Part shown: piece after piece, positions 20,100 to 28,955 of the stretch
Layout of the letters: every line of letters starts with the position of its first letter
Position numbering within the stretch: position 1 is the first letter of the stretch
IMG/VR virus record: IMGVR_UViG_3300021255_004427
Location: 32,001-96,000 of that record
Reading direction: 5' to 3' (one strand)
Length of the DNA stretch: 64,000 bases
Source of the DNA: a virus
Lineage: Duplodnaviria > Caudoviricetes
Translations under genes and position numbers: made by a program
Notes under the pieces: generated by a model
Seen by the model: the letters and a program-made list of their open reading frames with translations, nothing else
What the model was told of the DNA's origin: nothing
Databases searched by the model: none

Positions 20100-22169
20100 T
20101 TGACAAAAAACGAAAAAGAGCTTTGGAATGATTACCAAACTGCATTAACAAACAGTATGGTTGCATCAAGAAAAGCGCAAGCGGAGTTTACTAAAAAGAA
20201 TCCCGGCAAACAAGCCACGGCTGCTGACCTTATCAATTATGGTTATGACGCTGACGCAGTTAATAATCAACTTAAACAAAAACGACAGGGCCTTATTGAT
20301 AAAGGGTTTGTCATAAAAGATGGCAAATGGCACGCGCCCGACGGGACAAATGTTTCCAATAAAGGGAAATTTCAGCCGCAGGAGTTATTCAGCGATCCCC
20401 CCGCAAGAGCGGATGGCAGGGGAGATGTGTCGGACGATGCACAAACATCCAAATATTCGCAGGCGCGAGAAAAAGTCCTGCAAGATATCCAAGTCGCAAT
20501 CGATGAGTATTTTGCTGAATCTGAAAAAACAAAGGTTATTCCGCAAATACAGAAAGCAATAAAAGACTTGAGTAGTGGAAAAGACAATAGCGTAAAAACG
20601 GCTATTGGCGACTATTCTCTTAATGAATCCGAAGCAGCATCGTTGCAGCAGGAAATGGACTCTCAGTTTGAATACAAGGTAACGGCTGCATGGGAAAAGA
20701 GTTACAATAAAAAACCTCGCGAAGCCGTAGCTGATCCAGAAAAACATGTGAGCGATGACGAAGCTTACGATATACGAAAAAAGTATGCTCAGAATATAAA
20801 AGCTGCAGAACAGCATGTTACAAACACGGTAGAGGCGGCGCTGAAGCAATTTGAAAAAAATAAACAACTCCCCACAGAAAGCGTTTTTGATAATTATGTA
20901 AAAAATTACATAGGTCAGACCGTTCATAAAAGCGAGTTCTTTCCTGTAGATATGCCGGAAAAGGAAAGAGCCTGTATTAGTAATTATATTTACCAGGATA
21001 TTAGGGGAGACTTACTAAATAAATACCGAGAGCTTGCTAAAGGTGAAAGTCAGGTTACAGGCAAAACTCCTGGCGAGATAATCGCAGGCAGTACTGGCAA
21101 GACTAATGAGGCAACAAAACCCAAGGTTACAAGCCGGACAGTCTCAGGCTTTGCAAAAACAAATATATCATTTTCAGGCTGCGATATGGTTATCACTGCT
21201 GAAATGGTGACAACAAAAGGTACTCCTGTATCGGTAATGGTAGGCGAAGCTCAGACTATTTCCTATTCCATCTATCGCAAGCTCAGCCCAATACTAAATA
21301 TTGGTAATATCAATGCCAAGGATTATGTGGGCGGCCCCAGAACAATTGCCGGCAGCTTAGTTATGACTGTATTTAACCAGCATTGGGGGACGCAACTTAT
21401 CGACCAGTTCTCAAAAATCGAAGGCTATGCATCATCCCGAAAAGTCTTGATGGATGAACTAGCGCCAATGAACATAACTATTAGTATGGCAAATGAATAT
21501 GGTATTTGCTCCAGACTTGCAATTTACAGCGTTCGTATATTCTCTGAAGGGCAAGTCATGTCCATTAACGACATATTCACGGAGAACACCTTCCAGTATG
21601 TTGCCTTAAATATTGACTATCTTGCGGATGTAAATACAAAAGAAGACTTAGAGCCTTTGTATCGCGATGCAATTATTGCGCACGAAAAGATGGTTGAGGA
21701 AGCGTCAAAGACAGGCATCAGTAAAAGTGGCAATAGCGGTAATACGCCACCAAATCAGGGTGGGGGCGATAGTGTATCGAAGGATGGCAAGATAGAGTTT
21801 GACCCCAATAAGGATACGTCAAAACAAAAAGAAGATACAAAATCGCAACCATTATCGCAGCCACAGACATCAAGTGGCGGTTTTACCGGTCTTAATGGAG
21901 AGCAAATTCCTTACGTGTCTTGTGGTGATAACAAGGCTGGCGCTCTTAATAAAGCGGCGTCATTAAGAAAGGAATATGCAGAAGCAGTTATTGGTGACTT
22001 GAACAAAATTGACGATTTAAAGAAAAACCCGGATTCGCCCGCCAACGAAAAGGTAATGAAAGAGCTTGCCCGAATAACGAGATGGTATAGAGAGGCAGTG
22101 TTGGAAATAACAAAACATTATGAACAGGTCGATCCTATGGATATTCGTACCGACAGAACAGGGGTGTGA
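20100..22169 (+). CDS. Protein with central tail-tube-like domain and helical extensions
   Basis: aa ~355-505 SFSGCDM...GEAQTISYS...RTIAGSLVMTVF...DELAPMNITISMANEYG align with the spliced tube protein. Confidence 0.7.
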   Translation: MTKNEKELWNDYQTALTNSMVASRKAQAEFTKKNPGKQATAADLINYGYDADAVNNQLKQKRQGLIDKGFVIKDGKWHAPDGTNVSNKGKFQPQELFSDPPARADGRGDVSDDAQTSKYSQAREKVLQDIQVAIDEYFAESEKTKVIPQIQKAIKDLSSGKDNSVKTAIGDYSLNESEAASLQQEMDSQFEYKVTAAWEKSYNKKPREAVADPEKHVSDDEAYDIRKKYAQNIKAAEQHVTNTVEAALKQFEKNKQLPTESVFDNYVKNYIGQTVHKSEFFPVDMPEKERACISNYIYQDIRGDLLNKYRELAKGESQVTGKTPGEIIAGSTGKTNEATKPKVTSRTVSGFAKTNISFSGCDMVITAEMVTTKGTPVSVMVGEAQTISYSIYRKLSPILNIGNINAKDYVGGPRTIAGSLVMTVFNQHWGTQLIDQFSKIEGYASSRKVLMDELAPMNITISMANEYGICSRLAIYSVRIFSEGQVMSINDIFTENTFQYVALNIDYLADVNTKEDLEPLYRDAIIAHEKMVEEASKTGISKSGNSGNTPPNQGGGDSVSKDGKIEFDPNKDTSKQKEDTKSQPLSQPQTSSGGFTGLNGEQIPYVSCGDNKAGALNKAASLRKEYAEAVIGDLNKIDDLKKNPDSPANEKVMKELARITRWYREAVLEITKHYEQVDPMDIRTDRTGV

Positions 22170-22175
22170 TATTTT

Positions 22176-23975
22176 TTGTTTGCTAGAAACACAATAATGC
22201 CGGTAGAGATTCATGGCGATACTCTAAAAGCCATGTTCTTCGGAGGGTATTATAATCACTCCACGGTAATAATTCAGGGGGTTCCAAGCGGAGATATTCT
22301 CAATAAAATTGAAAATGCAGAGACGATAGTTGAAGAAGATGATTTGCTTGGTTATCCCTGTATGGAAATAAAAGGGCTGTCGCAAGGGAGCTACATTGTT
22401 TACACAACAACGGTTGATGGTTCAGAGCGTTCGGAGGCATACCACTTTACTGTAACCGGTGATAGCAAAGCGCAAATTCTTCAGCAGGCGGCAGAGTCTG
22501 CAGGGGTATGGCAAAGCAACTACGTAAAATCCACAGTTGCAGATATGTCTGAGCGCACAGACGTAATAAAATGGTTAAATCAACGAATCAAAGAAGCTAA
22601 AAATACGGACGATAAAATCAGCGCATCTATGGTTCTTTATATGTACGTCAGTCTTATTAATAAACGCGCGCAAAAATGTTGCTTTACACCCGAACCGTTT
22701 ACCCTGGAAGCGTTAAGTGGTAACTTTCGTCTTGATGGAGAAGCCGTACGTGTAATTCGACACAATCTTCAAAATGGAAAATGCGAGACTTTTATCCCTT
22801 CTATATTGCAGGATTTGTGTCATATGCAAGAAGAAGATGGCGGGATCTATCTGTATGTTGAGGTGGGTGAAAGTGGTCTGCCGATAAACTATGCATTGTC
22901 ATACAAGCCAGAAGCGAAAACGATGGCGTTGATAAAGGAAGAGATGATCCAAAGAGGGCAAAAGCTGCAGCGGGCGCTTGAAAGAACCATTGATTATCCT
23001 ATATCCTATCTTGAATTTTCAGAAGAAGAGCTGCAGTGGGTTTCCATAATCGACAAGCTCCGTGACGGGATTCCTTTATTTAGGGCGCCGAACATCCAGT
23101 ATGAGCATGGGGTGATTACCGTAATGCCTCACGAAGAGGACATTGCTCTCCTAGATTTTGTCAGCGGCAACTTGTATCTTGCTATTAATGAGCTCGAATA
23201 TTGTCTCGGAAGTAATCGGCGCCGAGTAAAAATGCAACCCAAGGAGTTTCATATTTATAACGACAGCTTTGGTATTGGGACAGAACCGTATCTGTATTGG
23301 ATTGAAAATAAAGATGGGCAGGTGCTTTCCGATATAAGAGTACTAAACCTATCTGTAGATTCTGAAATGGGTGGGATTGTGTATGATACGGATGATGCGA
23401 ATTACATTAATGAACGACTTCGAAAATTAGAACTGTATCATTACAAAAAACATCTTATTCCTATAGTTCAAAACAATACCACAACACAGGCTAACTTTGA
23501 AAAGATAGCTGATGCCTTTTCTGTATGCGAATCGGATGGAGAGACGCAGCCGGCAGGAGTGGCGGACAATATTCTTGACCGCAATATTCTGCGCAGTAAT
23601 ATTCTCACGTTTGCCGAACTCAGCATGGCTGTAATGCGGGACAGGATTACCTATAGCCGTTACGGCACAAATATTGTCAAGGCCCCGTTCTATTATCGCA
23701 GCAAATTAAATACAATCGTCCTCCCCATGGGGCAGGATATATTATACAAAATTGTACGATATGATTTTAAAAATGGTCGGCAAGTTGATTATATCCCAGC
23801 GCTGAAACAAAGCACAAGAGAATACAGATTTAACAATACCGAGTGGGCATTTGTAACCGCGTTAGACACAAACGATATGAGAACATCTGGTTATATTATG
23901 TTGGACTTTAGTAAGCGAGGAGTGTCTGCCAACGTATATACGTATATGGCAACAAATGTGGAGGTGAGCTATTAA
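22176..23975 (+). CDS. Hypothetical protein (tail region)
   Basis: 599-aa ORF; no motif recognised. Confidence 0.6.
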   Translation: MFARNTIMPVEIHGDTLKAMFFGGYYNHSTVIIQGVPSGDILNKIENAETIVEEDDLLGYPCMEIKGLSQGSYIVYTTTVDGSERSEAYHFTVTGDSKAQILQQAAESAGVWQSNYVKSTVADMSERTDVIKWLNQRIKEAKNTDDKISASMVLYMYVSLINKRAQKCCFTPEPFTLEALSGNFRLDGEAVRVIRHNLQNGKCETFIPSILQDLCHMQEEDGGIYLYVEVGESGLPINYALSYKPEAKTMALIKEEMIQRGQKLQRALERTIDYPISYLEFSEEELQWVSIIDKLRDGIPLFRAPNIQYEHGVITVMPHEEDIALLDFVSGNLYLAINELEYCLGSNRRRVKMQPKEFHIYNDSFGIGTEPYLYWIENKDGQVLSDIRVLNLSVDSEMGGIVYDTDDANYINERLRKLELYHYKKHLIPIVQNNTTTQANFEKIADAFSVCESDGETQPAGVADNILDRNILRSNILTFAELSMAVMRDRITYSRYGTNIVKAPFYYRSKLNTIVLPMGQDILYKIVRYDFKNGRQVDYIPALKQSTREYRFNNTEWAFVTALDTNDMRTSGYIMLDFSKRGVSANVYTYMATNVEVSY

Positions 23976-24583
23976 TGGCAAGCATCATCAGCACATTTCA
24001 GAAAGCTACTGACGCCGTGTATCCATCAGAAGTTATCAATAGAACCAATATCTATAACTCCATGGGGGGCGATCTAGGTTTTCGAAATGCCTTTACCGTC
24101 CACGACTTAAATGGGCGAAGATATTACTCGTCAATCGATGCAGCGATTCTCTTTAATGGCCAGATGGTAGATGAAATCGTGCAGATTCAGTGGACTATTG
24201 AAGAGCAGACAATGCCTCTGTTCGGATATAACAGTTATGTATGGGACGAAATCGCCAAAGGATCAAGAATTATTCGCGGGGCATTTGCAATAAACTTTGT
24301 TGTTCCGGACTACTTAAATATGATCCTAGAGAAGTCAATTAAGGACGGCAGCTTCAAAAACACAGGAAAACAGACTGAGCCTAATAAACATTCTGCAATG
24401 TATTCTAATTCCTTTTCCATTGGCATTGGGTATGGAAGCAAAGATGATATTGTTGGGGAAACCCCGTGTATCATTTTGGAAAATGCAGTCATCCAGTCTT
24501 GCGGACAAGCGCTGGATACACAGGGGGCAAACCTCGTAGAGATGTACCAGTTTATCGCTAGGGACAGGAGTTATTCAAGATAA
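23975..24583 (+). CDS. Tail-tube-like protein (possible tube initiator)
   Basis: YYSSID...FNG...IQWTIEEQTMPLFGY...GSRIIRGAFAINF...YQFIAR is a diverged tube-fold pattern. Confidence 0.6.
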   Translation: MASIISTFQKATDAVYPSEVINRTNIYNSMGGDLGFRNAFTVHDLNGRRYYSSIDAAILFNGQMVDEIVQIQWTIEEQTMPLFGYNSYVWDEIAKGSRIIRGAFAINFVVPDYLNMILEKSIKDGSFKNTGKQTEPNKHSAMYSNSFSIGIGYGSKDDIVGETPCIILENAVIQSCGQALDTQGANLVEMYQFIARDRSYSR

Positions 24584-24586
24584 ATG

Positions 24587-24655
24587 TAATAACCTTTTTC
24601 TCTTTAGTAATGTGTGCCACGTAGAGCAAACAAATTAGAGAGAAAGAGGTTATTA
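24587..24655 (+). promoter_or_regulatory. 20-bp RNA stem covering the RNA ligase RBS
   Basis: TAATAACCTTTTTCTCTTTA (24587-24606) pairs with TAGAGAGAAAGAGGTTATTA (24636-24655): 18 Watson-Crick plus 2 G-U pairs. Confidence 0.6.
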
Positions 24656-24657
24656 TT

Positions 24658-25806
24658 TTGCGCAAACTCGCATCTATTCAGGTTATTAAAAAAATAGAGC
24701 CAATCGAAGGTGCTGATCGCATCGAAAAAGCAACAGTTCTTGGTTGGCATGTTGTAGTTCAAAAAGGACTTTATAAGGAAGGCGACCGCGTTGTCTATTT
24801 GGAGATCGACTCTGTTCTTCCGAAAGAACTTGCTGAACGGGCCGGATTTTCAGATAAGTATTTGAAGACACGTCGCTTTAAAGGTGTTTACTCCCAGGGC
24901 ATGTGCGTCCCACTTACCGAACTTTATCATACAAAATTTCCGTATGGCAGTGGCAGTGCAACAAACATTGTAGAGAGAGCTAAAGATGGGCGATGGGACG
25001 ACATGAATGTAACCGAGTATCTCGGCATCACAAAGCACGAGGCTGATCAGCGCAATGACGATCAATGGTGGAAGAGACATCGTGCAGAAGCAAAGCCGCC
25101 CAAAAAATGGTACACAAGATTCCGTATTGGCCGTTGGTTCTGGAAAAAGTTCCTTTACAAACCCACATCTGGCCCGTTCCCATCTGACCTCGTGCCCAAA
25201 ACGGACGAGACTCGTGTTCAGATTCTTGGCGATGTTTTGGAAAAATATAAAGGGGTTCGTTGCCAGTATACGGAAAAGCTGGATGGTTCCTCTATCACGT
25301 TTTGGAAGGACAAAAAAGATAAACTGCATGTTTGCAGTCGAAACCGCGAACTTTTCGACAAGGCCGACTTTATGTACGCAACAATCGCAGAAAAGTATGC
25401 AGATAAATTCGGCTATGGTTTTGTATATCAGGGGGAAATTCTTGGCCCGAATATCCAGGGAAACAAGTATGGCGTAAAAGATTACGAGGTATATATTTAT
25501 CAGGCATACTGCCCGGAGACAAAAGTTTATCTTGCGCCGGAAGAACTAAGCGCACATCTTCAAACTGCAGGTCTTCCGCAGGTTCCTATCCTTGGAGAGT
25601 TTGACCTTATTGACGATATTGACGCTCTCGTTGATATGTCTATCGGAATGAGCGTCCTGGCAAGCCGAGGAAAAGATACGCAGCGCGAAGGTATCGTTAT
25701 CCGCCCCTTGGAGAATATCGACGGATTGTGCGATGGACGCTTTGTTGGTGGCCGTCTCTCTTTCAAGGCAATCAATCCTAAGTTTCTAGTAAAATACAAT
25801 TTGTAA
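24658..25806 (+). CDS. RNA ligase (DRB0094/Rnl2-like family)
   Basis: N-terminal KLASIQ...IEPIEGADRIE...VVYLEIDS; motif I TEKLDGSS; QGE, REGIV and SFKAIN motifs. Confidence 0.88.
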   Translation: MRKLASIQVIKKIEPIEGADRIEKATVLGWHVVVQKGLYKEGDRVVYLEIDSVLPKELAERAGFSDKYLKTRRFKGVYSQGMCVPLTELYHTKFPYGSGSATNIVERAKDGRWDDMNVTEYLGITKHEADQRNDDQWWKRHRAEAKPPKKWYTRFRIGRWFWKKFLYKPTSGPFPSDLVPKTDETRVQILGDVLEKYKGVRCQYTEKLDGSSITFWKDKKDKLHVCSRNRELFDKADFMYATIAEKYADKFGYGFVYQGEILGPNIQGNKYGVKDYEVYIYQAYCPETKVYLAPEELSAHLQTAGLPQVPILGEFDLIDDIDALVDMSIGMSVLASRGKDTQREGIVIRPLENIDGLCDGRFVGGRLSFKAINPKFLVKYNL

Positions 25807-25820
25807 GGGGAAGAAAATAA

Positions 25821-26636
25821 ATGGCACTCAAATTAAATTATATGGAAGAACAGAAGACCGAGCCGGTTGTTATTAATTATCCAACCCCGGTATATACGCT
25901 GAATAAAAAGAAAGAACTCCAGACTGCATTTGAAATCTCCAAGCTGCTTGATAAATTTTTACAACGATTAAGAGATGCGGCAAAATCCCTCATCAAGAAA
26001 ATACATGTATCCGAGATTGACCGATGGAAGGCAAGAGTTCCAGGGATTGATTGGGACGCAAAGCCAACTCCAATTACATCAGATTTGAATGTTGACAATA
26101 CTCCTCTGCCGCTTTTCAATGAAAAACATTGCACATCAGAATACACAAAAACTTACACAACATTTAGCGGAAAGGATACTATCGTGTCCTTTAATGGTAA
26201 AATTATGGGAGATCTCCAATCTTTTGAATACGAAGTGGATGGCGAAATGAAAGGTGAAGTCAAGCTGACCTGCTCCCAATTCGAAAAACATTGCCTACAG
26301 GCAGATGATACATTAGCCGTTGTAACGATGGTTAACGAGTATGGCAGGGGGGCGTTTCAGGTATTCAGACTGAATAAGTTGAAGAAATACTACACTTGGG
26401 CTTCCATGGATGCTATTCTTTCAAATGAACAGGCAATCTACGACTGCGAGCTCCTGATTCCGCAATCCCCAATACCGGACACTGTAAGACTCATGCCTGA
26501 GGAAACGTTTAATGACATGGTAAAGAAGGTGTACGCCGGGTGCGCCCAAAAGAACTATCTGCCAGATACACAGAAGATTGCCGGGCACATCGCTAACCGC
26601 ATGTACTTTTACTATCTGTATAAAAACTTCTGCTAA
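25821..26636 (+). CDS. Protein with degenerate tail-tube-like domain
   Basis: YTKTYTTFSGKDTIVSFNGKIMGDLQS and MVNEYG closely match the tube protein; unrelated N- and C-terminal extensions. Confidence 0.6.
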   Translation: MALKLNYMEEQKTEPVVINYPTPVYTLNKKKELQTAFEISKLLDKFLQRLRDAAKSLIKKIHVSEIDRWKARVPGIDWDAKPTPITSDLNVDNTPLPLFNEKHCTSEYTKTYTTFSGKDTIVSFNGKIMGDLQSFEYEVDGEMKGEVKLTCSQFEKHCLQADDTLAVVTMVNEYGRGAFQVFRLNKLKKYYTWASMDAILSNEQAIYDCELLIPQSPIPDTVRLMPEETFNDMVKKVYAGCAQKNYLPDTQKIAGHIANRMYFYYLYKNFC

Positions 26637-26754
26637 TTGACACTCCCCATACGTAAACGCAGGGGATTCTTAATTCAACGACCGTGGCGAGTTGGCCTAA
26701 GCCAATTCGTCTTACACAATCTCCAAAAGCGTAGATTCCCGTGTGTCCCACGGT
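26617..26754 (-). ncRNA. TnpB-type omegaRNA/reRNA scaffold plus flanking guide
   Basis: ACCGTGGGACACACGGGAATCTACGCTTTTGGAGA...GAATCCCC...GTCAA resembles IS605 right-end RNAs; the guide would be flanking TTAGCAGAAGTTTTTATACA. Confidence 0.6.
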
Positions 26755-27039
26755 ATTTGTGTATGTGAATGCTTGTTATCTTTACAGCGGTGAGGTCTTT
26801 AAATCACCGCAGGTTGATACACGCAACCTCAACCTGCTAAGAACTGGTTGCCCGTAGGCCTTGGTTTTCGATTCGTCCAGTTTCTATTGTGGCAGGGCTT
26901 CTCCTTTCTTTCGTATTCTTTAGGTTAAATCTATTATACTACAAAAGTTAGCAGTTGTCTGCCTTCAATTGCTTACGCAAATTCGGCAGACCCGCCTTAT
27001 ATCCCAATAGCTAAGCTAGGGGTTTTACGGCGGATTAAA
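26637..27039 (-). mobile_element. Non-autonomous IS200/IS605-family mini-element (PATE-like), no tnpA/tnpB
   Basis: On the - strand: TTAT target motif, left-end hairpin CCGCCGTAAAACCCCTAGCTTAGCTATTGGGATATAAGGCGG, right end GAATCCCCTGCGTTTACGTATGGGGAGTGTCAA ending in TCAA next to the stop codon at 26636. Left boundary uncertain by about 3 bp. Confidence 0.8.
26933..26961 (-). promoter_or_regulatory. sigmaA-like promoter inside the mini-element
   Basis: CAGACA-17 bp-TATAAT on the - strand, pointing toward the right end. Confidence 0.5.
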
Positions 27040-27091
27040 ATAATAAAGACACCGAGTTTTATGCTCGGTGTCTTTATTATTTTAATCCGCC
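27029..27091. terminator. Perfect 28-bp inverted repeat; core is a probable bidirectional terminator
   Basis: GGCGGATTAAAATAATAAAGACACCGAG-ttttatg-CTCGGTGTCTTTATTATTTTAATCCGCC. Confidence 0.75.
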
Positions 27092-28387
27092 AGGTAAATC
27101 GCCATGCTTTTCCTGCCACTCTCTAAGAAAGTCATTATTTTCAGGTGTCTGTATTGTAGAATCATCCACATGGTTGCGAATAGACTCTGATATTTTAAGC
27201 GGCTCAAAGATAAGATCGTAATTAGAAGCCGCATCTATGACGTCATCTCTGTATTGTGGGGCGCGAAGCACAATCCTGGTTGCCAGCGTTTTGAACGGCT
27301 CATCAGATAGATTGCTTTTAAGCATTGTTCTAAGGTATCCGCCTGAATTGATAGAATCTGGCGGGGTTCCTTTTTCTTGAAGTTTGCCTAAATTAATGCA
27401 GGTCTCGAGAATGGCGCGCCAGACTTTAGCCGGCTGTGACTGATATTTTGCTATCGATGTTTTACCAAACCCCAAGGACTCCATCTTCGAAGATAGGTAG
27501 TCCCAAGAAGGAACACCGTATTCATCAAAAATAGCATAAACATGATGAGCTGGCAGCAGGGGTGTCGGCGCCGCATTTAATGCAACGACAAAGATGAATT
27601 CGGTAAGTCGCTGGCCGGGGACATTTGTTGTAATCTCATCCTCGTTCAAAATACGGAACTGAGATTTTGGTGAGGAGTTGATGTCCTCAATGGCTTTTTG
27701 TATGACATTGCGCTTATAGTCATTAGGGCTGGCCAGCTTGAATTTTCCTGTCTTGGGATTAACAGGGGTAGGGACACGCAAACGAAGCTCTTTATAAGAT
27801 ACTGTTATCCTGTACGGATACGGAGATTCGTTAATCTTTTCCTCCGCAACCCTTGCAGAGAGCCATTCATAAAATGGATAGGTGTAAGCGCTGGAGCTTT
27901 GTTCGTGAAATTCATAATCCATTTGAAAAGCAGGGTTACACAACACATTCTCTATATAAAAATCCTGATACTCTTTATTTATTGTAATGCGGACAAGTCC
28001 TTTACTCTGATTTTGTTTAACCGAAGAAAGTATCCAGTACGTAGCTTTTTTAAATCCCTGATTTCTTTCAGTGTTATGTTTGAAATGAACTGTAACATTG
28101 AGGGGGACTTTTGTCAGGTCGTCAAAGACCTTTTCGAAAGATTGGTAAAGAGAGTGCCAGCTTTTCACATTCTTGGCTACAGCCAGTTTGCGGAAATCTA
28201 TATCAAAGGTAATGGGGACGGTTATATCTCCGCCATTTTCTACATAGTCTTGGATGCCTTTACGAATAGCAACAATGAAGTCAGACTCATGTTTTGTTGT
28301 GGCGCGATTCGGGCTGCCTGCTGCAAGTTCTAGGCTAGAGAAAAGTGAAGTCTGTTCAAAATGCTTTTCCAAAGATAACGCCTCCAA
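27077..28387 (-). CDS. Plasmid replication initiator, Rep_3 (winged-helix) family
   Basis: SAYTYPFYEWL, VSYKELRLRV and YKRNVIQKAIEDIN parallel Rep_3 motifs; adjacent iteron array. Confidence 0.8.
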   Translation of the reverse strand: MEALSLEKHFEQTSLFSSLELAAGSPNRATTKHESDFIVAIRKGIQDYVENGGDITVPITFDIDFRKLAVAKNVKSWHSLYQSFEKVFDDLTKVPLNVTVHFKHNTERNQGFKKATYWILSSVKQNQSKGLVRITINKEYQDFYIENVLCNPAFQMDYEFHEQSSSAYTYPFYEWLSARVAEEKINESPYPYRITVSYKELRLRVPTPVNPKTGKFKLASPNDYKRNVIQKAIEDINSSPKSQFRILNEDEITTNVPGQRLTEFIFVVALNAAPTPLLPAHHVYAIFDEYGVPSWDYLSSKMESLGFGKTSIAKYQSQPAKVWRAILETCINLGKLQEKGTPPDSINSGGYLRTMLKSNLSDEPFKTLATRIVLRAPQYRDDVIDAASNYDLIFEPLKISESIRNHVDDSTIQTPENNDFLREWQEKHGDLPGGLK

Positions 28388-28411
28388 TCAATAACTTCAT
28401 TTACAAAAAAC

Positions 28412-28440
28412 ATATTAGCACGGGCAAATAATAAAATCAA
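28412..28440 (-). promoter_or_regulatory. Putative rep promoter
   Basis: TTGATT-17 bp-TAATAT with extended TG; an iteron-like TTTCGGAGG sits just upstream (28448-28456). Confidence 0.5.
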
Positions 28441-28444
28441 GAAT

Positions 28445-28880
28445 AATTTTCGGAGGTTTTATAAAGATAATAATAAAAGAAATAAGAAAAACATATAAGG
28501 CATGGTAATTTGCGCTGAACCCGCATAGAATAAGGGGAAACCCCCGAGTTTTTTATAAACCTCCGAGTTATAAATAGACTACCTCCGAGGAAAAAATCAG
28601 CAACCTCCGAGTTTTATATAACGACCTGCGAGTTTTTCATAAACCACCTGCGAGTTTTTCATAAAAATATACACAACCCTGTGGATAACTGTGTTGATAA
28701 CTCACATAGAGTTGTGGATAAGTGTGCCGGATTGCCCATGCGTATAGGGGATGTGGCAATTTTAATGTAAAACTCGGAGGCTGAAGGAAAACGTTATAAA
28801 TAACTCGGAGGCCGGATTATGTTATGTAAAACTCGGAAGTCGTTTTTTGTGTAACGCATTTTATGTAAAACTCGGAAGTT
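28445..28880. repeat. Iteron-type replication origin with DnaA boxes
   Basis: Six direct ACCT(C/G)CGAGTTTT-like repeats at ~28540, 28559, 28581, 28603, 28624, 28646; DnaA boxes TGTGGATAA at 28680 and 28713, TGTTGATAA at 28692; four inverted AACTCGGA(G/A)G repeats at ~28769, 28801, 28828, 28867. Confidence 0.88.
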
Positions 28881-28955
28881 GGTGTTGGATTATCTTGTTA
28901 ACAACAGTAATGTACGAACTAGCAAATAAGAACATATAGTTTTGTGGAGGAAATA

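Noticed and set aside
26760-26930. Interior of the mini-element as a small toxin gene or tRNA
   Set aside because: The AAAGGAG is not followed by a usable ORF, and no cloverleaf or T-loop consensus is visible.
28540-28880. Short repeats as a CRISPR array
   Set aside because: Units are ~12 bp with ~10-bp gaps, occur in both orientations, flank DnaA boxes and adjoin a rep gene; no cas genes. They are iterons.
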